Part shown: in pieces, positions 25,339 through 38,491 of the stretch
How positions within the stretch are numbered: position 1 is the first letter of the stretch
How the letters are laid out: every line of letters begins with the position of its first letter
Assembly: GCF_002105155.1 (NCBI RefSeq)
Contig: NW_019029011.1
Location: 124,001 to 188,000, forward strand
Source: Lobosporangium transversale
Taxonomy: Eukaryota
Direction: 5' to 3'
DNA: 64,000 nt
The notes under the pieces: generated by a model
Database searches by the model: none
Told to the model about the DNA's origin: nothing
Seen by the model: the letters and a program-made list of their open reading frames with translations, nothing else
Position numbers and translations under genes: made by a program

Positions 25339-27642
25339 TTAGCGACTTGAAAGGAAGCGAGATCGGACGTGAAGAAAGAAGGATTCAAACAGGCCTCGGT
25401 CCTGTCCGATGGTCCATATCGCCTGGACAGTGAAACTGTTGGTTATATGTGGTAATGGTGCTGTTACGGATGCACTCGTAGTGCTGCTACCCACAGTATT
25501 CTTTGGCTCCTGTTCAGTAGCTAGAGGCACGAAACAGAGGTCAAACCCCATGATTATCGGTAAATCTTTTGAGACTCTGGTTACTACAGCCTTCTCAGTA
25601 TCACCATCTTTGGCGGTTCTTGCTAATGCCCTGCGTGCTGCACGTGACCAAGTGTTGGCTCTAGCTCTCCCCTGAAGGATACGCTTTACTTCAACCTCTG
25701 TCTTCGTCGTTAATTCATGTAATGGTTCGTCATCCAAGTCATACTCAATTAACAGTTGTTCGAGAAGCAACCTTACACGAGCCACAGCTTCTTCAATCGT
25801 TATATTCAAAGCAGTAAATGATAAAACAGTGGCAGTTGAGCTAAGCTTAGCCATCTTCTTTGATGCTTGCTGCATCGATTTCTATAAGATATCAGTCACA
25901 AAAAAAAAAAGTTAGTTGTTGTTATTTAAACGGATATTAAATCTTTCTGAACGTACAACCTTACCATTGAAGCGCGTTCATCCCCAAAGGACCAACCCAC
26001 AGCCCAACGTGTTGTTCTACCTTGTCGGAATGTCGTAAAAGTAATGTTGAAAATCTATTAAAGGGATTAAAAGAAAAAAAAAAAAAAGAGAGGGAAAGAT
26101 AAAGAAAGAGAGACATGTCGAGAAAGAGTACTTAATAAAATTGGAGATTAAAATCAAGCTATTAGAAAATGGGACCATACGTTGTTTTCCTTGAGATAGG
26201 CTACAACTTTGTCCACCGAGGTTTTTTTCCCTAGCATACTTGTGTACCATCTATAATAAAAAGGAATGAGTTTGACATGAATCTATAGGTTATTTGACTC
26301 ATTGCTCATAATGAAATGAGATTTACCTTATCCTTGTTCGCCATATACAACTTTCATCGATCATTCGCTGGACAAACTGAGTTTCTCCACCTGCTGTGAT
26401 CATCTCATTTGGCATCCCTAAACATACTGCCGACGGTAACCCTTCTTTACTATCATGGCTCTCTTGTATATCCTGTTCATCTTCGTAGAAAGGGGGATTG
26501 CACATACAAAAGTCGTATCTGATGAAATCATACTCTTCAAAAGTTAGAGGCGTTTCTTATAGTCTGCAGATTGCTTACAGTAAATAAGTTTGCACCTTTG
26601 GATCTTTTTTCCTCATATACATTTTCTCGCTTTCTTGGAATAGCATGCCCGGAAAGATTTTTTTCGGATGACTTTTTAAAAGGACGATGGTATCCTGAAG
26701 GTTATTCATAATAACATTCTTAGCAGCGAATTGAAGGGACCTATCGTTGATGTCTAAATACTTGAGAAAAACTCAGCCACCCTGTTAACCCCATGAAGCA
26801 GAATCGTCACGAGTTTGTGGGACCTATACCTGTTGCCATTATTCGCCAATTCTTGTTCCTAGTACAGCCTAGAAGAGGATATATACACGATGCACCTGTG
26901 CCTCTAGATTCATTTCCATAGCGTTTATATAATCAGATATTGAATTTAATATACAATTCATTGCCAGTAATGATAGCAAGTATTATCATGATTACATATC
27001 AATGCCATGTATGACGGATTCAGTCTCATTTCTCATCAAGTCTTCGATCCAACATATGTAATTGACGCGATTAGGAATCTATTAAAAGCGTGAGAAGACA
27101 GGCTTAGACCAAATGTCCTTAGATTATCAAAATCATCCTCTCATTTATATCTTAATTTTTATGCAGATCAATGCAACAAACATACTGCAGGACAGAGTGA
27201 ATTAATTGGGATGTCCAGTTTGATTGAGAAATCTCGGTGAAGCAAGCAGTACGTTAGCTCTCTGTCGTCCATGAATCATGGAGAGATATAAGCAGCCCTA
27301 TTTTAGCTTAAATGAATACGGTTTGAAATACAGTAATAAGGATTCTTAGAGAATACCTCAGTGCCATTGGATCCCGAAAGTTTAATGAACCTCGAGTCCT
27401 ATCTCCTTTGATATTAAGAACGACACTATAAGAACAAAGCATAGGAATAAGGTAACTAATTTATTATGTGCCTTTTTTTTAATGCTGTATTACTGTATTA
27501 TAGCGATCAAAAGAAAGTGAAAGCTTTACTACGGCCTTAAACTAGGATACTGCTCTGCTAGGGTAACAAAATCCGGAGGATTGTTATGGTAAGGATTGTT
27601 GGGATGCATCCCAATGGCATCTACCAACTTGCGCTTCGACAT
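25339..27642 (-). CDS. METTL16: METTL16/RlmF-family RNA m6A methyltransferase (U6 snRNA)
   Basis: About 10 exons. MHPNNPY...PPDFVTLAEQYPSL, LCPAIPNRVNYICWIEDL, GIDIGTGASCIYPLLG, YDFCMCNPPFY (NPPF catalytic motif), GGETQFVQRMIDES, WYTSMLGKK, FRQGRTTRWAVGWSF. Confidence 0.93.
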
Positions 27643-28110
27643 GGATGTGGAAACTTCAATTGTGGCAGAGGAGCGCGATCAAAGCTGTGTTTGAATTTAC
27701 GTTAAGGGCATTATTTATTTATTATTTGGAAGTTTTTAGAATCCAAAGGCATAAAAAAACTTGTATATTTGATAATTTTAATTGATTACCTGCCCATAAT
27801 TTAACGAATCGATACATTTCCTTGAGCTTATAAAATTTTTTTCTCGATCGTTGTTTATTTTTTCTCTCTCTTCACTTCCAAATCCACTGATATTTCGCAC
27901 CCTCCTTCGTTTTCTCCTACTCCAAATATTGAAGCACAAATAATGAAGATTAATAAAAAGCTCAATTGGTACTCAACGGGTGTTGTATCTTTATGTTTTT
28001 GTTATTTGTTCTTTGGTAGCGTGTTGCCAATCAATGAAATGATAGTGAACGTAGGCAGAATAGAATATTGTTCCTTTCCTTTTACCCTTCCCTTTATATA
28101 CTCTATCCTA

Positions 28111-28202
28111 AGCGATGATGATCACCATAGAGTCAAGCACTGAATACCCGGCCGCCACCGTGCGATGTCGGATGGATGCACACTTTATTGAATCTGAGCG
28201 CT
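28111..28202 (+). ncRNA. Box C/D snoRNA, predicted guide for 25S rRNA Um2417 (yeast numbering; snR66-like)
   Basis: Terminal stem AGCG/CGCT; C box ATGATGA 28115-28121; D' CTGA 28140-28143; C'-like ATGGATG near 28172; D CTGA 28194-28197. TAGAGTCAAGC (28128-28138) is the exact reverse complement of conserved LSU rRNA GCUUGACUCUA. Confidence 0.8.
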
Positions 28203-28506
28203 ATTCCCTTCGTCTATCCTACTATTGTATTTATATTTGAAATGAAGGAACTTATTTTGATGGTTCGAAAATAAAGAATTATGTGTATTGAATAGATTAT
28301 TGCACTGATGATCCAGATGAGTTCCTTGCTATCCAATTCAAGCTCAAAAAATGTGTATTTGTTGCATGACTTGCAGTTAATTAAAAAACCACTAAGGACG
28401 TGGTGCGTTTTTGCTCTTTACATCTTTCCATCTGTGTACATTCTAAGACAGTCAGAATAATTATATACCAAATATTCATTACGATTCACATAAACTACAC
28501 ACCGCC

Positions 28507-30684
28507 ATGCGGGTCTCTTTTTCACCAACACCAGTTGAGCCAGCTACGACAAAGAAGGAGATTTGGGCCTGGTACAGCTATGCATTCGCCAGTGAAGCGT
28601 ATGTGGTGGTAAGGAATGAGAATGACACATGTTTTCCGTTATTGGTCATGCTCAAAAACAATAGCTCCTCCCTGACTCAAAGACGCGTGTCCGCCCTCTC
28701 ATGTACAAATGGGATAGGTCGCATTGACAAGCTTTATCCCCATCACGTTGGAGGCTCTGGCTTCGGAGGAAGGCCATCTTTATGGAACCAATGAGTCCTG
28801 TATCGCCCACCCTAACATGACAGACACATCATTCTTACCACCATTTGAAACGCAAGTTATGGAAACCCCGAGGTGCATGATATCATTTGGGCATTTTGAA
28901 ATTGATACCGCCTCCTTTGTCATGTACTTGACATCTCTGGCTGTGTTCCTGCAGGTACAGACGTTAGAAGCAAAGTTTTCAGGTGGCAACTTGGGGAACT
29001 TGGGATCGCAATCGACAGTAACTCTTTTTTTTTTTTTTTTTTTTTTTTACTTGCATAGGCTTTGACTGTTGTGTCAATTAGCTCCATGGCGGACTATGGC
29101 TCTTACCGCAAGAAGCAGCTCGTCTTTTTTTCTGTTGTTGGTTCGACTGTGACTATGCTCATTGGCTCAATGCCATATGCATGGATGGCAGGGACACTCA
29201 GTGTTATCGCCAATGTTTCGTTTGGTGCGGGAATCGTGTGCTTCAATGCTTATTTGCCACTATTGGTTAGAAACACGGAGCATATGCGATCACAGAGGAG
29301 CCGGTTGGAGCAACTGGAGAAGGAAATTGAGATTGAGACAGGCGATTCCTCAGAACAAGTAGCCGCTATAGAACGATCAGAACTAAGGAATCATATGGGC
29401 GACTCAAACTTTCAAGGCCTGGACCCTGTGCAAGGCACAGATGCTGTGAACGTTGCATTACATGATGAATCGCTTGGAGAGGATACACACATCGGGCACA
29501 CAGGGGAACAAACAATCGGACAAAAGAAAAAGATGCTGCTCGAAATGACTGAAGGACTGAATAAGGACAAAGGCCACCTTTTGGGACAGATTAGTGCTAA
29601 AGGCTTTGCCAGTGGGTACTTTGGAGGAATTTTGTTGTTGCTTGTCTGTCTGTACATCTCTTATGTTGACAAATCTTCAACTCGATCACTCAAGGTTGGG
29701 ATTTTTCTGTCGGGACTTTGGTGGTTCGTCTTTGCAACTCTAGCAGGCATTTGGCTAAAAAGAAGACCAGGACGTGAGCTCCAGCTCGACGATCATGGCC
29801 ATAAGCATGGATCCTTCTGGGTAGCATCACAGTACGTTCTATACTCCTGGCGCCGAGTCGGAGCAACAGTTGTACAGGCACGAAAACTACCCAGTACATT
29901 TGCCTTCTTGGTGGCATGGTTCTTTCTTTCTGATGGGTATACAAGCATCTCTAATGTCGCACTTTTATTCGCAAAGACTTCGCTACGACTTCCTCAGACA
30001 TTGCTGATCCTTCTTTCACTTGAGGTCCCCATCTGTGCACTTGTGGGTACACTTGCATTTCCGAAAATTCAGCATGCATTGGATTTCAATCAAAAACAAA
30101 TGGTACTTTTACTTTTAATTTTGCTAGTTATGGTGCCAGTTTATGGTACATTGGGTCTCATTCTGCCATTCTGGCCACATCTTTCATCTGCAAAAGAGCT
30201 CTTTGCTCTAGCCGCCTATTTCGGGTTTTTAATCGGTGCAGTCCAAAGGTACGCTACAAATTTCCTCCGCAGCTGAAGCAACGTTTTCTTTTTTTGTAAA
30301 TATGACGAATCGGATAGAATAGAAGCAAACACGCCCTTTTCTTCTACTAGTTTCTGTCGATCCATGTTTGCGGACCTTGTCCCACGAGGCAGAGAGTCAG
30401 AGTTCTTTGGGCTTTATGCGATCACAGACAAAGGCAGTAGTTGGTTAGGACCATTAGCTGTAGCGGCTATCACAGATGCAACGCATGAGATCCGACATGC
30501 GTTTATCTTTCTGCTAATTTTGCTGAGCCTTCCTATTCCAATTATTTATTTTGGTGTGGATATGGATCAAGGCCGACTGGATGCTGAAAAAGCGTCACAG
30601 GAACTACAGGAGAGTGAAATAGTCGGAGGAGATCATGGAGGCGAAGAGAGTGAAAGGCTTTTATATTCTATTTCTTCGATTTAA
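28507..30684 (+). CDS. ATG22: Atg22 vacuolar amino-acid efflux permease (MFS)
   Basis: KKEIWAWYSYAFASEAY, SFIPITLEAL, IDTASFVMY, NAYLPLLVRN, ISAKGFASGY, FLVAWFFLSDG, LVPRGRESEFFGLYAITDKGSSWLGP. Four exons. Confidence 0.93.
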
Positions 30685-31233
30685 TAATAAACTTTCGCTT
30701 TAAAAATGCGGTCACGGGTCCCAGGCTCCGGTTGTATGTTGAATCTTCCTAGGGGAACCAAAGTTGGTGTGGAATGAATTGTTAAATTCAAGGTATATTT
30801 TTATAGGAAGCATCAGAGGAAAGACGTAGCGAGGAATGGAAAGAAAGGAGTGTTAATGCAGACTTGCATTTCAAAAAAATAAAAAGAAACCTTTTATTTA
30901 CATGAAAAATGACAACAAAAAAAGGCGAGTGACCTTTGTGGGATCCCCGGTCCAAATAAATCGATGTGATAGCCCTTACACCTTCTCCACCCCACCCACA
31001 CAAACACACGTTCACACCGGTTGGACTGACAGGTCCATTACGGGCTTCAGTAGTAATAAAGAAAACTTTCTATTTCGAAAGAAAAAGAAAAAGTTCCCCT
31101 GGTCGGGCTGGGTCAATTCTCTCTTTTATTCGATTTCTTTTCTTGCTGCCTGCTTGCTCAGCTTTTTTTTTTTCTTCTTGCACAGTGTTCTTTCGCTTCA
31201 TTCTCTTCCTACTCATTTTTCTCTTTCCTTATT

Positions 31234-31330
31234 CTTTCCTTCCCTTTCCTTCCCTTTCCTTCCCTTTCCTTCCCTTTCCTTCCCTTTCCTTCCCTTCCCT
31301 TCCCTTCTCTTTTCTTCCCTTCCTTTCTCT
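31234..31330. repeat. Polypyrimidine microsatellite (TTTCCTTCCC)n upstream of the CRM1 start codon
   Basis: Decamer repeated about 6-7 times, decaying into a CT-only tract. Confidence 0.9.
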
Positions 31331-31473
31331 CCCCACTCTCGATAATAATCTTTCCTTTTCCACTATCCCCGTTCCTTTCGTCACATTTGCTATTTGAAAA
31401 AAGCTTGCACCACTTTGATCAACGTCTTACTTTCTCTCCATTTCAAAAGAAAGAAAAGAAAGATTTCTACAGC

Positions 31474-34400
31474 ATGGAGGTAAATACTCCTCCACATGTA
31501 TCAACATGCCACACAGCACAAACATAGCAGTCAGATTCCACGTCTTGTACCCACTTCATCAGTTTCTAAATGCCACACTCGTTCTAATTTTTTTTTTTTT
31601 CTCCCCTCCCAATGGATCAATATTTTCCCATGTTGCTGACTAATTAGGCTATTCTAGATTTTAACCGTGAGCTGGACATCGATTTGCTCGATCGAGTTGT
31701 TCGTACAATGTACAACAGCACTGGGGCAGAAGTAAGTCTTTTTTTTTTTTTTTTTTTCTCTTTTTCTCTCTCAGATCACTTTGGAACCACCCCATGGGAA
31801 CATTGGATCAGCCACAGCAATACCCTATACACTGTTTTGCGTTGTATGATAATTGTGGCTACGTTGCCTGGACGAATGAGCAATGCTATATTGACTTTTT
31901 GCGAATGGCTTTTATTGTGGGAAAATGCTACCGGTGAAATGGATCTAAGAATTGTCAAATGGGACAACCTCAATAACGAATACAAATACAAAAATCTAAA
32001 GTCAAAGCGCGTCTTACTAGGCCAGGACTAGGTATAGATGGTGAACGTATTTGAGCCCCTTTCATTCATAGACAAAAACCCACATTAATTGGAAATACAG
32101 CATTGTTGTCCGCTCTTTGGGATATCAGACCCAATGATGTTCAATAACAACACTGCCATTAATAATCATCCTCCTACTAACATCCTTTGCCTGTATCTAA
32201 ACTATTGGTCATTGAATGGTTTTTCATATTCTTGTTATTAGCACAAGCTTGCGCAACAGGTTCTGACTCAATTCCAGGAAAATCCAGACTCATGGAGGCG
32301 GGTCGATGCAATCTTGGATAACTCAAAGGATCCTCAGACAAAGGTAGCTCATTAAGCATCTATTACTTTCTCGCTCAACTGCTCACCCTGACGACACACC
32401 ATTAGCTACATGTATACTATGAGATCAGCTCGTATGCATAAAATGGACAAAGCGCATTAACTAGGCTTTCGACCATCTTTTTTTGTTTAGTATATCGCTC
32501 TGCAAATTTTGGAAAAGCTTGTCCAGACGCGGTGGAAGCTGCTACCGCCAGAGCAATGTCAAGGTAATATATTGTTTCTTAAAAAAAAAATATAATACTC
32601 TTTTAGAACAAGTGCGAAAAACGAATATTTAACCTGCTTCTTCTCGGATGATTGTGCATGACGTTCATTATTGATATAGGGATTCGCAATTACACTGTGG
32701 GTTTGATCGTTAAGCTATCTTCGGATGAGGCTACTCTTGTTCGTGAGAGAATGCTTCTTAGCAAGCTCAACCTAGTTCTTGTGCAGGTATGTTGTTTTAT
32801 TTTTGTACCTTTTTCGGAATTCTAAATGTGGTGTTCATACCAGGCATACATATGACAAAATCTTTGATTGTCTTATTGTTAACTACTTCGCCTTTTTGAC
32901 TTTTGCATGCAAAGATTTTGAAGCAGGAATGGCCACACGCATGGCCGGGCTTTATCCCTGAAATTGTCATTTCCAGCAAGTCCAATCTTTCATTGTGCGA
33001 GAACAATATGGCCATTCTCAAGCTACTTAGGTACGATATGAAAAAAGAAAAACCATCACTTGTTTTGAGAGTTTGATTCAAATGTGCTTACCACGTGCAT
33101 TCATTTGTTATCTCTTCTCTTTATAACCATAATATAGTGAAGAGATTTTTGATTTCTCTGCTGAGCAGATGACGCAGACCAAGACAAAGAACTTGAAGAA
33201 CTCGATGTGTGGTGAATTTTCTGAGATTTTCCAACTCTGTAGTGAGGTTTTGGAAAAGGCCAATAAGCCCAGCTTGATCAAGGCAACTTTGGAGACTCTC
33301 CTTCGCTTCCTCAACTGGATTCCTCTTGGATATATTTTTGAGACCAATATCGTGGAGAACCTTCGCGCAAGGGTACGTACGTTATTATTATTGTTTTAAT
33401 TTAAAAAAGTTTTGAGTATAAATCGCTAGGAAGAGGCAATCCTGAGCTAAAGCGATTTTTCTCTTCTTTTTGTGGCATGCGTCTCATATAAACAGTTTTT
33501 GGATGTGCCACAGTTCAGGAATATCACACTTGCCTGCTTGAGAGAGATTGGATCGCTCTCAGTAGCTGCAGATTATAACGATAAGTTTGTCATCTTATTC
33601 AACATGGTTATGACATCCATTGCCAAGACCATCCCTATCGGCGGCAACATTGCGGAGATGTATGAGAACGCAGGAGATGATGAGCAAAAATATATTGCAA
33701 ACGTCGCCATGTTCATTACTGGATTTCTTAATGTTCACTTGAGGCTTGTTGAAAACCCTCAGAACAGAGAGGTTCTCTTAGTCGCTCATCAATATCTCCT
33801 CAAGATCTCTCAAGTTGAAGATCGCGAGATATTCAAGATTTGCTTGGAATATTGGTCCAAGTTGGTTGCGGAACTCTATGAGGAAATCCAGCAATTGCCC
33901 GTCATGGAGCTTCCGTTATTGAACCTTGGAGCTGGTATGATGCAATCGTCCGCTAGTAGTGTAAATCTTCGCAAGAACTTTTATACCGAAATTCTTGCTC
34001 GTCTCCGCGTTGTAATGATCGAGCGTATGGTTAAGCCTGAGGAGGTAAAAAAAAAAAAAAAAAAAAAAAAAAACTTTCTATAATATTCTTCATTTGTAAA
34101 GGGAGGCCTAAGTACACTCTGTATTTAAATTACAACCAAGTTAACAGAGCCACATTATTTTATTTATACAACTAGGTGTTAATTGTTGAGAATGATGAGG
34201 GAGAGATTGTTCGCGAGGTTATGAAGGAGAGCGATACGATCACGCTTTATAAAAGTATGCGTGAAGTCCTTGTGTATTTGACACATCTAGACTGCGTTAA
34301 CACAGAACAAATCATGTCAGACAAGCTGACAAAGCAGGTCGACAATTCAGAGTGGTCATGGGCTAATCTCAACAAGCTTTGCTGGGCAATTGGTTCAATT

Positions 34401-36663
34401 TCTGGCGCTATGAGTATGTTGAATTGATATATAGGGTTGAGAATGAAAAGGTTGTTTGCGTCTAAATGTAATTCCTTATTGACAACGTCTTTTTTTTTCT
34501 TTTATTAATAATATTCAGGTGAAGATGCTGAGAAGCGTTTTTTGGTCACTGTCATCAAGGAACTCTTAGGGCTTTGTGAAATGAAGCGTGGCAAGGACAA
34601 CAAGGCGGTCGTCGCCTCCAACATTATGTACATTGTTGGACAATACCCGCGTTTCCTTAAAGCACATTGGAAGTTCTTGAAGACAGTCGTCAACAAGCTG
34701 TTTGAGTTCATGCATGAGACACACGATGGAGTACAGGACATGGCATGTGATACCTTCATAAAGATTTCACAAAAATGCAGGCGCCACTTTGTTTTGCAAC
34801 AATCGCAGGAGATCATGCCATTCATCGATGAGATTCTCAACACATTGGATAAAATAACTAGTGACCTCTCGCCTGCTCAAGTTCACACCTTTTATGAGGC
34901 TATCGGTTACATGATCTCTGCACAACCCAACCGCGCAGTACAAGAACGTCTGATTGCCAAAGCCATGCAAGGCCCCAACCAGGCCTGGGATAAGATTATG
35001 CAACAGGCAAATCAGAGCTTGCAGAATCTCGATAATCCAGAAAATTTGAAGACTTTGGCTAATGTCTTAAAGACCAATGTCGCTGCTTGCAGTTCAATTG
35101 GAGCAGGTTACTTTTCACAACTTGGAAGCATTTATCTTGATATCTTGGGCGTCTATAAGGCTGTCAGTCAACTGATCTCGGAAAGTGTTGTTACCATGGG
35201 TCCTGTTGCCCTTCGTACCCCACGTGTCCGCCAAATGCGCACTGTCAAGAAGGAAATCCTTCACTTGATTGAGACTTATGTTGGTAAATCTGATAATCTA
35301 ACGGAGGTGACCCAAAAAATTATCCCTGGTGTTCTTGAGGCTGTTCTGGGTGATTATCAGCGCAATGTTGAACCAGCTCGTGATGCTGAGGTTTTGAGTG
35401 TCATGAGCACGATCGTAACTAAGCTTGGAGTAAGGATTACCCCATTTCTGCGCCACTATGTACTTTTTTGTTTGTCTGCTTGTAGTTACTGCCACCAAGG
35501 CGAATTACATAACTCAGATTGGACTAGCTTGGCTAATATTTTCCATGTGGATCTTGTAATGCTTGCTATTCGATATAGTCGTTATTGAATGACAAGATTC
35601 CTCTTATTCTTGAATCTGTGTTTGACGTGACATTAAACATGATCAACAAGGACTTTGCTGAATATCCCGATCATCGTGTGGGATTCTTCAAACTGGTTCG
35701 CACTATCAACTTGAGCTGCTTCCCAGGTAAGAAGTAGTGAGCCTTTAGCTACGAGACACCTTTGTTTTAGTATCTTTATATATACAAAAACATACCTATT
35801 AATCCTTCTACTTTATTTTATTCGATAGCTCTCATGAAACTTCCACCTGCACAACTTCGTTTGATCATGGATAGTGTTGTTTGGGCATTCAAGCATACAA
35901 TGCGTGATATTGCAGATACTGGATTGAATATTTGCCTGGAAGTGATCAATAACTTCTCCGCCAGTGACCCCAGTATTGCTAATCAATTCTATCAAGCCTA
36001 CTTCCTGAATATCCTGAATGACATCTTTTACGTATTAACGGACAACAACCACAAGAGCGGTATGTTGACAACTGTAGACCTTTTAATGATACGTTAATGA
36101 AATGAACTTTTAGCAAGTGGAAACTAAGCAACTCTTTCACTCTTTTTTCAGGCTTCAAGCTCCAAAGTCAGGTGCTGGCTCGCATGTTCTATTTGGTTGA
36201 ATCTGGCGCAGTGCAGGCGCCGCTCTTCTCGCCTGCCCAAGTAACTGATCCCAATATGACAAATAGTCAATTCTTGCGCGAATATATGATGAACTTACTA
36301 CAGAACGCTTTCCCTCATCTGCAACCGTAAGTTGAATGCTTCAACGCCTAGTTTGATGAATGAGATCTTCAGGGTATTCATTTTTTATTTTATTTTATTT
36401 GTTGCTTTAGTTCGCAAATCCGGATATTCACTTTGGCATTGTTTGAGACGAACCGAGATACCAACAAGTTCAAGCTGCACTTGCGCGATTTCTTGATTCA
36501 ATTAACTGAGTTTGGCGGGTCAGAAAATGACCAAAACGAATTGTTCCTAGACGAACGTGAAGCAGAGCAGGAGTCGAAGCGCAAGATGGACAGGGAAGCA
36601 GCACTTAGAATCCCTGGCCTTGTTAAACCGTCAGATCTTCCTACGATGGATGAAGACGATTAA
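31474..36663 (+). CDS. CRM1: Exportin-1 (Crm1/Xpo1)
   Basis: First coding exon ATGGAG (ME) spliced to [18 protein letters not shown]. Also [115 protein letters not shown]. Confidence 0.97.
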
Positions 36664-36830
36664 ATTCTCTATCACATTTTTTTTTCCTTTCCTTGCACAT
36701 TTTATTATTATTATTATTATTATTGATTATGCTACTCGCAATTTGTTTATTTTTGCGTAGTCCATCCACCACACCACATCACAGTACAGCACACCATAGT
36801 AGACATTGATTATGAGAATAGGACAAAGAA

Positions 36831-36865
<35 letters not shown>

Positions 36866-37139
36866 GAGCAGTCATGATCACTGAGCTAGATTGATAGCTT
36901 GCTTAGACTCCACGCATAGTACCCTCAAACCTTGAAACCTACTGCACAGGACAAAAGAAATGCTTCTGTATATCTCTTCACCATTCCTGTCAGAGAGCAG
37001 ATGACGGGAAAAGGTATACTTATTATCCATATACTCTTTAGCTCTGAGTCAACGTAAGCAATAACGAAATATTCTAGATACGGCGGTGCAACTATGTCCC
37101 TGTAACTAAAGTATTTGAATCATTGACAGCTATTTTTTA

Positions 37140-38133
37140 AGAAGGTAGCAATCTCAGGCCGCCAAAGTTCATGGTGGATTGCAGTAGAATGCAAGCCGAA
37201 GCAATATTAGCTGTATTTTCCAATGTAGATATTTACTAATGTCACTTTCATGTAGGGAAACTATGGGAAAGCCGATCAGTATAGGAATATCAGCAATATT
37301 TTAGAGTCGTTGTTCAGGACTTTAAAGAGATCTGCTCTAAATGGCAAAAAAGCCATGCCAATCGATTATGTCATTTATTTATTACAAGGTACCATTTTAG
37401 AGTCCACTGCCTTAGTGTCCGAAAAGGCTCCAACTCTCACAGTGCGAAAAGGATATTCATGCTGCAGAAGCCACGGTCGGGGATAGCCTAGTTAAGAGAA
37501 AGCAATATTTACAGAATGATTGTGTCCTACCAACAAAGTAATACATTTGTGTGAGATCATTCTAACGCCTGTTATTATTCCCAGTTGATTGTCAAACCAT
37601 TTTCAACGCCAGAGAAAGAGTACTTTATTACTGTAGATATAGACAGCGCCGTTCTCCTATCCTGCACATGTCCTGGTCATGAAAAACAAAGGGTTCCTTG
37701 CAAGCACATGTACCTTGCAGAGAGGGTCCGTAGTGGATTCAATGTCAAACGCAATATTGTATCTGCACGTACCCAACTCAAGCAGGTCCGAAACGCGATC
37801 GATATCAATGATCATCTTGGGCAGCCTCTCGAAGGCTTCCTCTCACCATCTTTGCTACGACAACTAAAGGCAGAGAGAGCTGAAGAGAAGGAAAGAAAAA
37901 GAATAGAGCGAGAGGAAGCTGTTGCTGAATTGTCTAGACAGAATAATAACGAGATGATGGACGTATGGAGGAGATTGGGCTCCTTTGCGGTTGATGCGAG
38001 CATAACGCGACTTCCGCATAGGGAAAGGCAAACTGTTACAACAGATCTTTGGGCCAAGATTGTGCCAGATAAAGTCAAATACGTCATCGTATTGCGAATT
38101 TTAATATCACTTGGGGCTTGGAGCCACTGCTAG
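37140..38133 (+). mobile_element. Decayed Mutator-like (MULE) transposase with SWIM zinc finger
   Basis: KFMVDCSRMQAEAILAVFSNVDIY*CHFHVGKLW (second catalytic Asp region plus CxxH motif). After a frameshift or deletion: SNILESLFRTLK...IDYVIYLL (TNNxxES-type motif with catalytic Glu). Then SCTCPGHEKQRVPCKHM (SWIM). In-frame stops present. Confidence 0.8.
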
Positions 38134-38491
38134 TGACAGGGGGTGCTGGATCAAGTCTAGGAATGGCCATGGTATGGAGATTGGTCTATGGAAAAGAGTG
38201 CATAGCTTATTGCAAAGTGGTTTTTTATTTTTTTTGATTTTTTTTTGAAATAGGAGTAAAAAGACAGGAGACACATATTTAAAGTTGGATCGCCCAGTGC
38301 AGAAAATACCAAAAAACTGAATCGCACTTTTCCTTAATCCACACTGTTTCTCTTTTGCTTGTATGAGAAAGAGAAGAAAAAAAGATATTTAAAGCCGCTT
38401 TTATCCATCTTCCTTTCCTCCCCCTCACACTTCATCCTCTTTTTTCTTCCTCTTTCCGGGCCAATTTATTAACCTGTTCATATTTTAAGAC

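Noticed and set aside
28300..28400. Possible second snoRNA: TGATGA followed by TCAAGCTCAA (10-nt antisense to the same LSU rRNA region)
   Set aside because: No D/D' box follows the antisense element and there is no terminal stem.
30902..31397. ORFs of 143-147 aa with PFPSLSF repeats
   Set aside because: Translation of the CT microsatellite upstream of CRM1; not protein-like.
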